Shown here: positions 20,261 through 30,700 of the stretch, piece by piece | Numbering within the stretch: position 1 is the stretch's first letter | How the letters are laid out: the number at the start of each line of letters is the position of its first letter | Virus record (IMG/VR): IMGVR_UViG_3300035208_002804 | Coordinates: 1-64,000 of that record | Source of the DNA: a virus | Lineage: Duplodnaviria > Caudoviricetes | Strand: one strand, 5' to 3' | Length of the DNA stretch: 64,000 nucleotides | Made by a program: the position numbers and the translations under genes | The notes under the pieces: model-generated | Database searches by the model: none | What the model saw: only the letters and a program-made list of their open reading frames with translations | What the model was told of the DNA's origin: nothing

Positions 20261-21103
20261 ATGGTAGCATGGAATCATAAAGATGCGTCTGAAATTGGCA
20301 CTGCTGCAACGGGTGTCAATGCATTTGATTTTAACAAGGTTTTTAAACCTGCAAGTGAGTTTGATGACAACATTTTGTTCATGAGTATTTTTGGTGGCGC
20401 TGGTGATGGTAAGAGTCACTTTGTGCTTACTGCGGCTGAACCAATTTGTCTTCTTGACACTGAACTTTCAACAGCGAATTTGATTAAGAGACTTCCAAAA
20501 GAGAAGCAGGATAATATTTACCGAGTTAATTTACTTGAGTATACTGGGGATATCTCTGCTAAAAATGTCAATGGTAGTGATGTTGTAACCAGTAATATTT
20601 TGGATGCTATCTACAATATTCTTTGTGGGTTTGTTGAAAGTAATCCATTTGGTGACAAGAAAGGTACGTTTGTTATTGATTCGATGAGTGATGTTTATGG
20701 ATGGCTTCAGAAGTGGCTCATTAACAGGACCGACTTGAAGCGGTTTAAAGATACTGATGAAATGATGCCGATGGAATGGAACAGGATTGATGCTAGGTGG
20801 AAGGAGATTATGATCCTGCTTCGTAAGACTGGGTGGAATGTTATTCTAACGTTTAAGCCACGGGTAAAGTGGGTAAATGGCAAGCCTTCCAAGGATGGTG
20901 AAACTGAAGCAAAATGGCAGACATCAGCGCTTCATGATTTCGATCTTCATGTTGAAATTAAGACCATTAACAAGGGAGAGCATGAAATGACCATCAAGAA
21001 AACGAGATTTGGTGATGACACTTTCTATGCAAAACTAACTAATGCAACGTTCTCATCACTGTGTGAGTTTCTTACCGAAAAATCCGGCGTCAAACTTGGG
21101 TGA
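20261..21103 (+). CDS. RecA-superfamily ATPase (AAA_24/Sak4-like)
   Basis: Walker A GGAGDGKS, LDTE, Walker B FVIDS, KKTR. Confidence 0.75.
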   Translation: MVAWNHKDASEIGTAATGVNAFDFNKVFKPASEFDDNILFMSIFGGAGDGKSHFVLTAAEPICLLDTELSTANLIKRLPKEKQDNIYRVNLLEYTGDISAKNVNGSDVVTSNILDAIYNILCGFVESNPFGDKKGTFVIDSMSDVYGWLQKWLINRTDLKRFKDTDEMMPMEWNRIDARWKEIMILLRKTGWNVILTFKPRVKWVNGKPSKDGETEAKWQTSALHDFDLHVEIKTINKGEHEMTIKKTRFGDDTFYAKLTNATFSSLCEFLTEKSGVKLG

Positions 21104-21120
21104 GATAACGGAGAAGAAAG

Positions 21121-22017
21121 ATGAGTGAATCTATTGAAACATCACCATCTTCTAATTCTGATGAGGAAAAATTAACGTGGGATTCTTGCTCCGATTACAT
21201 TTCCAAGAGTAGAATTGGAGTATTTTCTTTTTGTCCATATCAATATAAGAAAGTGTATGTTGATGGGGAACGGTCAAGTGGTTATGCACTGACACTTGGA
21301 ACACGGTTACATCACTGGTTAGAAATCTTTTATGATTATTGTCATCTGGTAAAACCTGAAGAATGGGCTGAAAAATTTATTACTTCTCCTTATGCTGATT
21401 TTGAAAAGATGATGATGAACAATTTCATTAATGATGAGATTGTGAGATTTTATAGATTAAATGGAGACTTGAAGTTATTTGTTCCACGGGCAAGAGAAAT
21501 AAAAATTGTTGACCCGGTTAATAAGATTAGGGGAATTATAGATAGGATAACCGATGATCCACTTGTTATTGAGGATTATAAGGAATTTTTACTTGAAAAG
21601 TTTAAATCTGGTGATATCAAGAAATCAGAAGCGAAAATATTGACGAGTATTATCGATGGAAGTTTAAATGAAATAATTTGTGTTGAAGAATACAAGTCAT
21701 CAAAAAAGATAGATGAAGATGATCTTGGTTTTGAATTTGGATTTTATCAGTTGTTATTACAGGCACTTCCAGAATACAAAGATAAATTCATGATTGGAAG
21801 ACTCATTAATCCCAGGTTAAATGTTAGAATGTTTATCCCAATTATGGGCAAAACCTATGTGTTAAAAAGGATTGCAAAATTGAGAGAATCGGCAAAGAAC
21901 AATGAATTCAGGCCCAATTGTAATAGATACAAATTTGCATTTTGTAGAAAGTGCAGTCTTGAGGAGTGTGGATTATATGATAATATTGATAATGAATGGA
22001 ATAAAAATGTGGTGTAA
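21121..22017 (+). CDS. Cas4/AddB-like PD-(D/E)XK exonuclease
   Basis: SKSRI..CPYQY, GTRLH, RGIIDRI, EEYKS, C-terminal Cys cluster. Confidence 0.75.
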   Translation: MSESIETSPSSNSDEEKLTWDSCSDYISKSRIGVFSFCPYQYKKVYVDGERSSGYALTLGTRLHHWLEIFYDYCHLVKPEEWAEKFITSPYADFEKMMMNNFINDEIVRFYRLNGDLKLFVPRAREIKIVDPVNKIRGIIDRITDDPLVIEDYKEFLLEKFKSGDIKKSEAKILTSIIDGSLNEIICVEEYKSSKKIDEDDLGFEFGFYQLLLQALPEYKDKFMIGRLINPRLNVRMFIPIMGKTYVLKRIAKLRESAKNNEFRPNCNRYKFAFCRKCSLEECGLYDNIDNEWNKNVV

Positions 22018-22020
22018 CTG

Positions 22021-22794
22021 ATGGTAATTTTTATTACTGAACCGGGTTATTATGAATATATTAAAAATATTAAATTGATTCGTGAGAAATATGGATTTGA
22101 AGAACCTCTAAAAAGAGATGGTAAAGTGTTTGAAGAAGATATTCGTGATTTAGCAGAAAAAATTGAATTTCTACAAAAGCAAAATACAAATAAAGAAGTT
22201 GATGAACTGAAAAATGCAATTTCCAAGTATAAATGTAATCAGAATGCGAATAAAGACAAGGTTAAGATTAATATTGATGGTGATGAGAATAAAGATTCTC
22301 CATATGAATTTGGTGAAGAGATCGCTGATAAAATATCTGAAAAACTTAAAAATGAAATAAAAGAGGATATTTCTCGTTATAAATTTAAAAGGAACGAAAA
22401 GAAAGCACTTGATGAAGTAAATAAAATTATGAATGATCCAGTTACTAAAGAAATGGCTAAAAAAGTTATTAATAAGGTTGATAATATGGAAGAATCCAAA
22501 CCAGTCTCTCGAAATTCACTGCTTCTGAAATCTGATAATATGAAATCGTTGGAAAGAGTTATTGATACTATTAATAGGAAGGATAAGCAATATTTCAAAG
22601 ATCCTATCCAGGTGCTTTCTACTGACGATCTTTTGACACAGATAAAGATTAAAGCAATTCGTGCTAAACTTACATTTGATGATGAAAAACGTATGGATGA
22701 ACTTCTTGACATTGCGGTATATAGTATTCTAACTCTTGAAAAAATGCTCATTGAACCGGTGGGAGAGCATACTGGAGTAGAAAATTATAAGTGA
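22021..22794 (+). CDS. coiled-coil protein with C-terminal DUF1599/Nmad1-like domain
   Basis: RKDKQY..IKIKAIRAK..DELLDIAVYSIL fits the nucleotide-modification-associated domain 1 pattern. Confidence 0.55.
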   Translation: MVIFITEPGYYEYIKNIKLIREKYGFEEPLKRDGKVFEEDIRDLAEKIEFLQKQNTNKEVDELKNAISKYKCNQNANKDKVKINIDGDENKDSPYEFGEEIADKISEKLKNEIKEDISRYKFKRNEKKALDEVNKIMNDPVTKEMAKKVINKVDNMEESKPVSRNSLLLKSDNMKSLERVIDTINRKDKQYFKDPIQVLSTDDLLTQIKIKAIRAKLTFDDEKRMDELLDIAVYSILTLEKMLIEPVGEHTGVENYK

Positions 22795-22934
22795 TCATCA
22801 TAAGTTGTAGAAACCTTTATTAACTCTTTCTTTGTTCTTTTTCTATTCTTTTGCTACATTTCGATAGATTTATTATGTTATAGAGCGTATATAGATGTAT
22901 AAAAAGTGTTTGTAAAAGGAGATGAAAAATTTTA

Positions 22935-23165
22935 ATGCCAACTTATAGATTTTCTATTTCTGGAAATGCTTATGTTTCTGGATTTGTTGAAGTTGATGCC
23001 GATTCACAAGAAGAAGCACACGAAATGATTGATAATGGAACTTGGGATGAGGAAGACATTGAGATCGATTGTATTGATAATTTTGATGAGATTCAATTTA
23101 GTGAAATTGTTGATGGTGACGAATATCCCGATGAATATTCCTCTTTGACAGATGAGGATAATTAA
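22935..23165 (+). CDS. acidic small protein (VEAxxxEEA, DpnD/PcfM-like)
   Basis: VEVDADSQEEAHEM. Confidence 0.6.
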   Translation: MPTYRFSISGNAYVSGFVEVDADSQEEAHEMIDNGTWDEEDIEIDCIDNFDEIQFSEIVDGDEYPDEYSSLTDEDN

Positions 23166-23173
23166 CGATTATC

Positions 23174-23479
23174 ATGACATTATATGGGGTTACGATTAGT
23201 GGTTATTATGAAGTTGAAGCAGATGACGAATATGAAGCAGAATGTATGGTATCTGATAGAATAATGGAAGGAAAATTTGATTTTGATATATGTGACATAA
23301 AAATGACAAAAATTGATTTTACACAGGAAGAAGTAGATATTTTGCTTGCTGCGATGCTGGATTATCCTGACATAAGCGGATCTGATGAACCGGCAGATGA
23401 AGTGATAGAAAGCGTAATTAGAAAACTCACTAATGCTATGGAGAATATAGTTGAAGATTGCATTGGTGAGGGTGATTAA
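23174..23479 (+). CDS. acidic small protein (VEAxxxEA family)
   Basis: YEVEADDEYEAECM. Confidence 0.6.
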   Translation: MTLYGVTISGYYEVEADDEYEAECMVSDRIMEGKFDFDICDIKMTKIDFTQEEVDILLAAMLDYPDISGSDEPADEVIESVIRKLTNAMENIVEDCIGEGD

Positions 23480-23653
23480 ATGACACACTACTTGGTTTAT
23501 TTTATTACAAGAGATAATCTTTTGATTGAAGCAAACAGTGAGGATGAAGCAATTAAACTTGCTATGGATAAAAAAGAAGATCTTTGTGCTGGTGGATCTG
23601 ATTGGGAATTGGATGATAGTTGTCCAATTGAAACTGTAAATGATGATAATTGA
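23480..23653 (+). CDS. acidic small protein (VEAxxxEA family)
   Basis: Hand translation ..LIEANSEDEAIKLAM. Confidence 0.55.
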   Translation: MTHYLVYFITRDNLLIEANSEDEAIKLAMDKKEDLCAGGSDWELDDSCPIETVNDDN

Positions 23654-23681
23654 AAGTTCTTATCAAAAAGAGGTTTAAAAC

Positions 23682-23939
23682 ATGTTTATTAAGGATAATG
23701 TTGAAGTGAATGGTATTTCGAGAGTTGTTGTAAAGAAGCAGAGTTCATCACGGGTTTATATTCGTAATGAAGATCGTGATTGGATTGATCAGACATCTGG
23801 TAAATTGATTAAAGACATTTACATGTGTTCACGCATTCGAAAACTGGTAAATTCAAGAAAAGGGTTTCTTGGTTTTGGTGGATGTATGTATCGAGTCTGG
23901 GTTCATAACGAAACGATAAATCTTGAGAAAAAGTATTAG
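23682..23939 (+). CDS. hypothetical protein
   Basis: GAGGT SD upstream. Confidence 0.6.
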   Translation: MFIKDNVEVNGISRVVVKKQSSSRVYIRNEDRDWIDQTSGKLIKDIYMCSRIRKLVNSRKGFLGFGGCMYRVWVHNETINLEKKY

Positions 23940-23955
23940 AGGAGAGTTTTTATTT

Positions 23956-24366
23956 ATGAAGGTATTTTTGGGTGGAACTTGTAATGAATCGACATGGAGA
24001 GAACAATTAATTTCACTTTTAAAGTGTGATTATTTTAATCCGGTTGTTGAAGATTGGACACCAGAATGTGTTGAAAACGAATATCGTGAAAAATCTATTG
24101 CCGATTATCAATTGTTTGTGATAACACCAGAAGCGACCGGTTGTTTTTCAATTGCTGAACTAATAGATGCAAGTAACAAAGTTCCAGAGAAGACATTATG
24201 TGCTTTACTTGGATCTTGGAATTCAAATAATTCAGTGGAGAATGAAAAGTTGGTAGGAAGATTTATGTCTTTCAATAATTGTTTGAATATTGCAGAATCA
24301 AACGGTGCTAAAAGATTCTACACCTTGAAAAACATCGCAGAGTTTTTGAATGAAATGGCAGATTAA
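23956..24366 (+). CDS. nucleoside 2-deoxyribosyltransferase-like protein
   Basis: MKVFLGGTCNESTWR..YFNPVVEDW..FSIAE. Confidence 0.8.
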   Translation: MKVFLGGTCNESTWREQLISLLKCDYFNPVVEDWTPECVENEYREKSIADYQLFVITPEATGCFSIAELIDASNKVPEKTLCALLGSWNSNNSVENEKLVGRFMSFNNCLNIAESNGAKRFYTLKNIAEFLNEMAD

Positions 24367-24568
24367 TTGGGGTTGGTGTGATGAGTTTTAAATATGGAAT
24401 TAAATATGCTGTTGATTCTCGTGAATATCTTTATTGGTGTTATTCTGGGGATTATAGTATAATTAAATGTAAGCAACTTGTGAGTGGTAATGAATTTGAT
24501 AGATTAGAGAAAAATGGATTCGATAACAACAAACATATTGAGTATAATAACAGGAGAATGGTGAAAAG

Positions 24569-24820
24569 ATGATTAAACTTAATTTTAGACAGCGTGTTAT
24601 GTTTGTGTATGGAATACTGCTATTCACTCTTGGAATAATTATATCTCATATTGATGATGTGATTTATAGTTGTATTGCGACGCTTATTGGGGTTATTATA
24701 ATTGATATTATATTTGATAAATATGTGATGAAAGATACAGTGGTTCTGGAAACTGAAGAAAATCTTGAAAAATTGGCTAAAATTTTAAAAGAAAATGGAT
24801 TTGTAATTGAATGCACTTAA
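24569..24820 (+). CDS. small membrane protein
   Basis: Two TM segments. Confidence 0.5.
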   Translation: MIKLNFRQRVMFVYGILLFTLGIIISHIDDVIYSCIATLIGVIIIDIIFDKYVMKDTVVLETEENLEKLAKILKENGFVIECT

Positions 24821-24830
24821 GTTGTTTTAA

Positions 24831-24983
24831 ATGAATGAATATAGGGTTTATGTGAGAGGTTATTTTCGTTGTATCGCAGAAAATGAGAACGATGCAATGA
24901 GCACAATATGTGGTAATATTCCAGATCATCATTTTTGTTATGTAATTGATAAGTTTACATGCAACGGTGAAATTATACCATGA
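24831..24983 (+). CDS. small protein, paralog of 25415..25633
   Basis: YRVYVRGYFRCIAENENDAM..IPDHHFCYVIDK vs YRMRIRGYFECEAISKGEAM..IPEHDFVYYIDE. Confidence 0.55.
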   Translation: MNEYRVYVRGYFRCIAENENDAMSTICGNIPDHHFCYVIDKFTCNGEIIP

Positions 24984-24993
24984 TGAGGATTTT

Positions 24994-25215
24994 ATGTCTA
25001 AACTTATTAAATCGGGTATTACATTAAAGATTGATGTGTGTAATGCGTGTCCATATCTTAAAGAAGCAGTAATACGTTCATATACTGAATATGATGGATA
25101 TATGTGTAAATTAACTGGTTCTGTTGCTCAAGTGAGGCAAGAAGATTACGATTTGTGTTGTGGTAACAAGTATCGAATTATGGATGATTGTCCATTATTA
25201 GACGCAGATGAATAA
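24994..25215 (+). CDS. Cys4 small protein (CxxCPY..C..DCPL family)
   Basis: CNACPY..MCKLT..DDCPL. Confidence 0.6.
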   Translation: MSKLIKSGITLKIDVCNACPYLKEAVIRSYTEYDGYMCKLTGSVAQVRQEDYDLCCGNKYRIMDDCPLLDADE

Positions 25216-25414
25216 TATTGAGGAATTATGATTACTATTGCTGATAATATTGGGTCTATTACTGTGATTCTATTAATTGTTTCACAGTTTGTTATGTTTA
25301 TCGTTAATGCATTGTTGAAATTGAATCTTCCATTAGAACAATTGTGGCTTCCAATGTTTTTATTTGTGGTGTTTATTGTTCTTGGTTCAATAATGATGTG
25401 GAGAGGATGAGATA

Positions 25415-25633
25415 GTGATGGAGTTAATTGGAAAACGTAAGAAATATAGGATGAGAATTCGTGGTTATTTTGAATGTGAAGCCATTTCAAAGGGAGAAGC
25501 AATGGATATTTTTGAAGCGATAATTCCCGAACACGATTTTGTATATTACATAGACGAGAAAGTAAGAGATTATTATACAGAAGATTATGAAGTGATTACA
25601 GAGAAAGATTGGTATGGTATTGAAAATGATTAA
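25415..25633 (+). CDS. small protein (EAxxxxEA family)
   Basis: Paralog of 24831. Confidence 0.55.
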   Translation: MMELIGKRKKYRMRIRGYFECEAISKGEAMDIFEAIIPEHDFVYYIDEKVRDYYTEDYEVITEKDWYGIEND

Positions 25634-25861
25634 TGATATTCTAACCAAATGTCCAAAAAATATGTGTAATATAACAGTTAAAATTTGTGAAGAATGTGAT
25701 TATTTTGATGGTGTTGATTCGTGTGAATTTTATGATGATGGGAAATAATGAATAATATCAATGAACAATCTTTATCACATATACCAGAGTTAAAACCAGA
25801 TGGTTTACCACATTTTCCTAACTTGAATTAAGATGAACTACCACAGATTGGTGAGAAATAA

Positions 25862-26116
25862 ATGGAATTAATTGCTGGTGAACATTTGGAACGTGGTGAT
25901 GTTGTTTATGTTGAAAATGGTAAAGCATACAAATATCGGTTTGATGATAGTTCAGTAGATTGTAAGCATCATATGGATGTAATAAGTCATAATAATGAAC
26001 GTGTTTATGACTGTAGTGACTGGGAAATCGAATGTGTGTTAGATTTACCAAATCGAAAATATTGTAGATACTATAAACCTGTTGAAAGGGAGGCTGAAGT
26101 AAATGCTGGCAAGTGA
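25862..26116 (+). CDS. hypothetical protein
   Basis: GGTGA SD upstream. Confidence 0.55.
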   Translation: MELIAGEHLERGDVVYVENGKAYKYRFDDSSVDCKHHMDVISHNNERVYDCSDWEIECVLDLPNRKYCRYYKPVEREAEVNAGK

Positions 26117-26291
26117 ATTAATCAAAAAGTTGCAAGATGAGATTGATGAAAGTGGTGACTGGCCTGTTTACATTAATACAATGGATGAAGAGGGAGATGA
26201 AAAGTTTGGTGAAGTTCTCAAAGTAGAAACGTGCTTGGATAGTAATGATTTAACACCATGCTTGATTAGGATCATGGATTATTATGATTAG
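26103..26291 (+). CDS. small protein of the ELIxxLQ..GD viral family
   Basis: MLASELIKKLQDEIDESGDWPV. Confidence 0.6.
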   Translation: MLASELIKKLQDEIDESGDWPVYINTMDEEGDEKFGEVLKVETCLDSNDLTPCLIRIMDYYD

Positions 26292-26482
26292 GAAGTGGCT
26301 ATAGTATGATGATTAGGGTTGTATATCGAAGTGGAAAGGAAGATAAATTAGATGTATATGATTACAAAGTTTCAGGTGGTTGGTTTATTTATCAATCTAA
26401 TGACGATTGTTGTCATAAAAACATTATGATACCGTCAGATACTATAAAAAGAGTCGAAGCATTATGATTAAGAGGTGATGAG

Positions 26483-26725
26483 ATGACGTTTGGAAAATTT
26501 GAAAAAATGATTGGAGAAAAGATGACATTAAAAGAGTGTATTGAGCAGATTGAATTTTGTGATTATCGATCTGAAGGCGGTAAACTTGAATGTAACGAAG
26601 CATTCAGACAATTAAAACACGTTGTAGAAAGAATTGAAGAAGTGTCTGTATTGACTGATATAGGTAGTGAATTTAATTGCAATTCAGTGGTTGATTATAT
26701 AATAAATGGGAATGAGAAACAGTAA
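26483..26725 (+). CDS. hypothetical protein
   Basis: GAGGTGA SD upstream. Confidence 0.55.
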   Translation: MTFGKFEKMIGEKMTLKECIEQIEFCDYRSEGGKLECNEAFRQLKHVVERIEEVSVLTDIGSEFNCNSVVDYIINGNEKQ

Positions 26726-26953
26726 ATGAGTGAATTAAAACGAACTTTTAAGAAAATTGGTCCATTTAATTATCAGTCTATGATTCCAGTTGAAGGTGAA
26801 TCTGGTAATATATCTTATGCTATTATAAATGCGGATTATACTGAATATGGTAAATATTTTATTGATGATTTAATTGAACATCACAAATTCGTGATTGAAG
26901 AATTGAAAAAAGAACAGGTTCCTATATTTCATAATATAGTTGATTGGTTATAA
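26726..26953 (+). CDS. hypothetical protein
   Basis: Abuts previous stop; shares the start ATGAGTGAATTAAAACGAA with 27172. Confidence 0.55.
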   Translation: MSELKRTFKKIGPFNYQSMIPVEGESGNISYAIINADYTEYGKYFIDDLIEHHKFVIEELKKEQVPIFHNIVDWL

Positions 26954-26975
26954 GAAATGATGGAGAATTGAAGGA

Positions 26976-27179
26976 ATGTCAATGGGACCGACTAAAATAG
27001 ATTTGACAATTTGTAATAAATGTGATTATTTTATAGAAGATTACATCAAAGGATATTTTGTGGTTATGTGTAATCATTCAATATACGACAAAAACCCAAA
27101 ATATATTCAGGATGCCTCATGTAGGTATACTGAAACCCGCGATTGGTGCCCGTGTTTGGGAGAGTTAAAAAATGAGTGA
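26976..27179 (+). CDS. Cys4 small protein
   Basis: CNKCDY..MCNH..DWCPCL. Confidence 0.6.
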   Translation: MSMGPTKIDLTICNKCDYFIEDYIKGYFVVMCNHSIYDKNPKYIQDASCRYTETRDWCPCLGELKNE

Positions 27180-27381
27180 ATTAAAACGAATTGATGGGTT
27201 TGGATGCGGGGGTTGCATTAATTGTATTTCCGTGAGTAAGGAAATTCCTGCTAAATATTGTAGGAAACCAATTAAAATAATGTGGAATGCAGAGAAATCA
27301 GAGGTATATTTTACCCATCATGTTATTATAAATCGAGATAAGCGGCTGGATGATTGCCCGTTAGAACGAGACGATGACTAA
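27172..27381 (+). CDS. Cys4 small protein
   Basis: CGGCIN..YCRK..DDCPL. Confidence 0.6.
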   Translation: MSELKRIDGFGCGGCINCISVSKEIPAKYCRKPIKIMWNAEKSEVYFTHHVIINRDKRLDDCPLERDDD

Positions 27382-27411
27382 TAGAATAATTTTTAAAATT
27401 CCCACTCTTAC

Positions 27412-27660
27412 ATGAAACTATCTTATAAGCAATTTATAGAACTGTGTGAGCCATATAGATTTAAATTTGGAACTCTTACAGATAATACAATTTTATGGTA
27501 TGAATATGGTTCTTATGGGTATGTGTGGGTTCAAACAGATTGCATGTGGTCACATAGAGGACAGATAGCGCTTTATGAAGATCTGAAACCTCATATCATC
27601 AAGATTTATATAGAACGGGAGTTTCGAGGTGAAATCTGGGAAATAGAAAGTGAAGGTTAA
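27412..27660 (+). CDS. hypothetical protein
   Basis: Leaderless promoter upstream. Confidence 0.55.
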   Translation: MKLSYKQFIELCEPYRFKFGTLTDNTILWYEYGSYGYVWVQTDCMWSHRGQIALYEDLKPHIIKIYIEREFRGEIWEIESEG

Positions 27661-27751
27661 GTTTTTATAGTTCTTTCTCCATTTCTTTTTTTTTCGATAT
27701 CTTTATTCCTTTTGAGATCATAATATATTAAAAGATATTTTTGGTGATATT

Positions 27752-30700
27752 TTGAACGATAAGAATATAATTTGGGTGATGGAAAATGCGTCATATTTCG
27801 TGGATGGAAAGACAAATAAACCAATAATATTGCTTTTTAGTAGATCTTGGAATAATAAATTTGAAACTGTTACTCATCGGGTAGAAAATTTTGTTCCTTA
27901 TATGTATGCTCCTGCTAACGAAACTAATATAGAACTTCCTCCAAATTGTTATTATGATAGTGAATCTGTTCTTGATGCCAAAGGAAGAGAAGTTGTTAAA
28001 GTATTTGTAGATATACCAAATAGAGTAAGGGATATAAGAGACAATTATTCATTCACGGATATGAGTGATTTCTTATTCGAAAAGAGATTTCTCGTTGACT
28101 ATAAAATAAAATATGCGTATACGTGGGATGGACAACGACCATATCCAGTAGAGGTAGAGGGGATTTTAGAGCCAAGAATCTTATTTTACGATATTGAAAA
28201 TTTATCAAGGGATGGTAAGTTTCCTGATGCTTCAAATGCAGTATATCCAACTTGTATGATTCAGGTCGGTGATAGTTATACTGAAGATAATTATCTATTT
28301 ACTTGTTGTGGAATACCCCAAACTAAATTTAAAGGGCATATTGCGTGTCATAATGAACATGAAATGTTTAAAACATTTCTTGAATATATTAAGATGATTA
28401 ATCCTGATTTAATTGTAGGATGGTTTAGTAGTGGTTATGATTTGCCTTATTTGATTAAAAGGGCGGTTAATATTGGAACTAGACTTAATGGGTTTTCAAG
28501 AATTAAAATGCCATTTCGTAATTTTGATCCGAAGAAAAATAAATGGATGTGTAAAGCATCCGGACGTAGCATTCTTGATATGCGAGACGCATTCAAAAAG
28601 AAAACCGCCGTAGAAGCACAACGTGAATCATATGCTCTTAAATCGATTGCAGCAAGTTTTGGATTTACATATCGGGATTACGGACCAACTATTCATAAAT
28701 TATTTGAAAATGAAGATTGGGAAACACTGCTTCAATATGGATTGAACGATGTTCTTGCACTTCGATTAATTGAGAAAAAATCTGGTTTATATTCATTCTA
28801 TGAGAGTCTTCGTAAATTCACAGGTTGCTTCATGGACGATGTAATCCATACCTCAATTCCTATTGAATCGATGTTGCTACATCGTGGGATAAGAGCAATG
28901 CCTCGAAAGGCTACTTTTAATGAGGATGATAAATCAAAATTTAAAGGGGCAGTTGTTCATAAACCACCGGTTGGTATTCATCATAGGACTATTTCGCTGG
29001 ATATTGCTGCCCTCTATCCAAACGTCCTCTACGGATATTCGTTATCTCCCGATATAGACGGTTTAGTAGCAATAGTTGCAAAGGAGATTCTTGATGAAAG
29101 AGAACGACTTCGAACGATGAGAAAAGCAAATCCAGATAACATTAACATTTATTATGAAGAAACCAGTGTGAAGGTAGTCGCCAATGCCCTGTACGGAAAT
29201 TTAGGGTCCAAAGCATTTCGCTTGTATGACGAATCGAAGGCAGCAGAAGTCACAAAGCGAGGACGAGAAATTAATCTAATGTTAAAGGCTGAAGTAGAGA
29301 GACTTGGATATAAAGTGCTAACTGGTGATAGTATCTGTGGAAAATCTAAATTAAAGGTGTATGATTCTACAGGAGAATGGAAATATATAAACATTGAAGA
29401 TTTATTTATAAATGTAGATACAACGTCAGATGATGGTAAAGAATATTGTATTTTAAACGATGTTTATGTTGAAAGTATAAATAATGATGGGAAAATAGTT
29501 CTTGACAGAATTAAATGTGTAATGCGTCATAAGTCTAAAAAGGAAATATATAGAATACGAAATTCAAATTCGAAATATATTGATGTAACCGAAGATCATT
29601 CAATTTGTGTTTATAATAATAAGAAATATGATAAATATGCTGATCAAAAAGATAGAATTGTGTCTTGTAAAAGTTCTGAAATTGGAGTAAAGTATAAATC
29701 GGTTATTATAAAACGTAAAAGTATTCATAACAAAATAATTAGTAAAAACTATGATAAAAGATTATATGAGTATATGGGATACCATCTCGGAGACGGAACA
29801 TTAAAGTTTTATAATTACAAGAAAAACAATGGGGAAATTTCAAACTACATTAAAGGAATCAGTATATCTTTTTGTGGACATAAAAAAGAGTTTCAAAATT
29901 ATTTTGTAGAATTTTTAATTCGATCTAATTATATATCTGGTATTGGGAAATATAGTAAGAATGATCGTTATGAGTTTACCGGATCTTCCAAATTTGCAAA
30001 ATTTATATTTGAAAATATCGGGCATAAACATAATAAGACGGTTCCCGAATTTATGTTTTATGAATCGGATGAAAATATATGCTCTTTCATAAGGGGATTA
30101 TTTTCTGCTGATGGAACGGTGCTGTTTAGAAATAATAGACCCATATTAAGACTCACTTCTATAATTGAGAATGTAGTTAAAGATGTATCTGAATTGTTAT
30201 TAAATGTGGGAATCGTTTCAAATTATTTCAAGGAAAATTCAGAAAATAATTACAACGGGAGAAAATCAGGAACATTTTCATATCATTTAATTATAAGTGA
30301 TATTCAGAAGTTTATAGATAAAATTGGATTTTTACAAAGTTTACAAAATGAAAAATTAATTTCAAAGGGAATATTTCAGCATAAAGTAGATTCTGAATTA
30401 GATTGGTCCTTTTCATCTACTACATCTAAATCTGAAAAACTTGGTGTAATTGATGATTATGTATACGATTTAACGACTGTAAATACGCATAAATTTTTTG
30501 CGAATAATATATTGTGTTTAAATACGGATAGTTTGTTTATTAATGAAGTTAAAACAATTGAAGAGGGGTTATCGCTTGAGAAACATTTTAACGAATTTCT
30601 TGAAAAATTTTCTATAGAGTCTGGAAGTAGGGTCATATTTAAATTAAAATTTGAAAAGTATTTTGATACATTAATGTTTAAGTTTAAAAAGAACGGAGAT

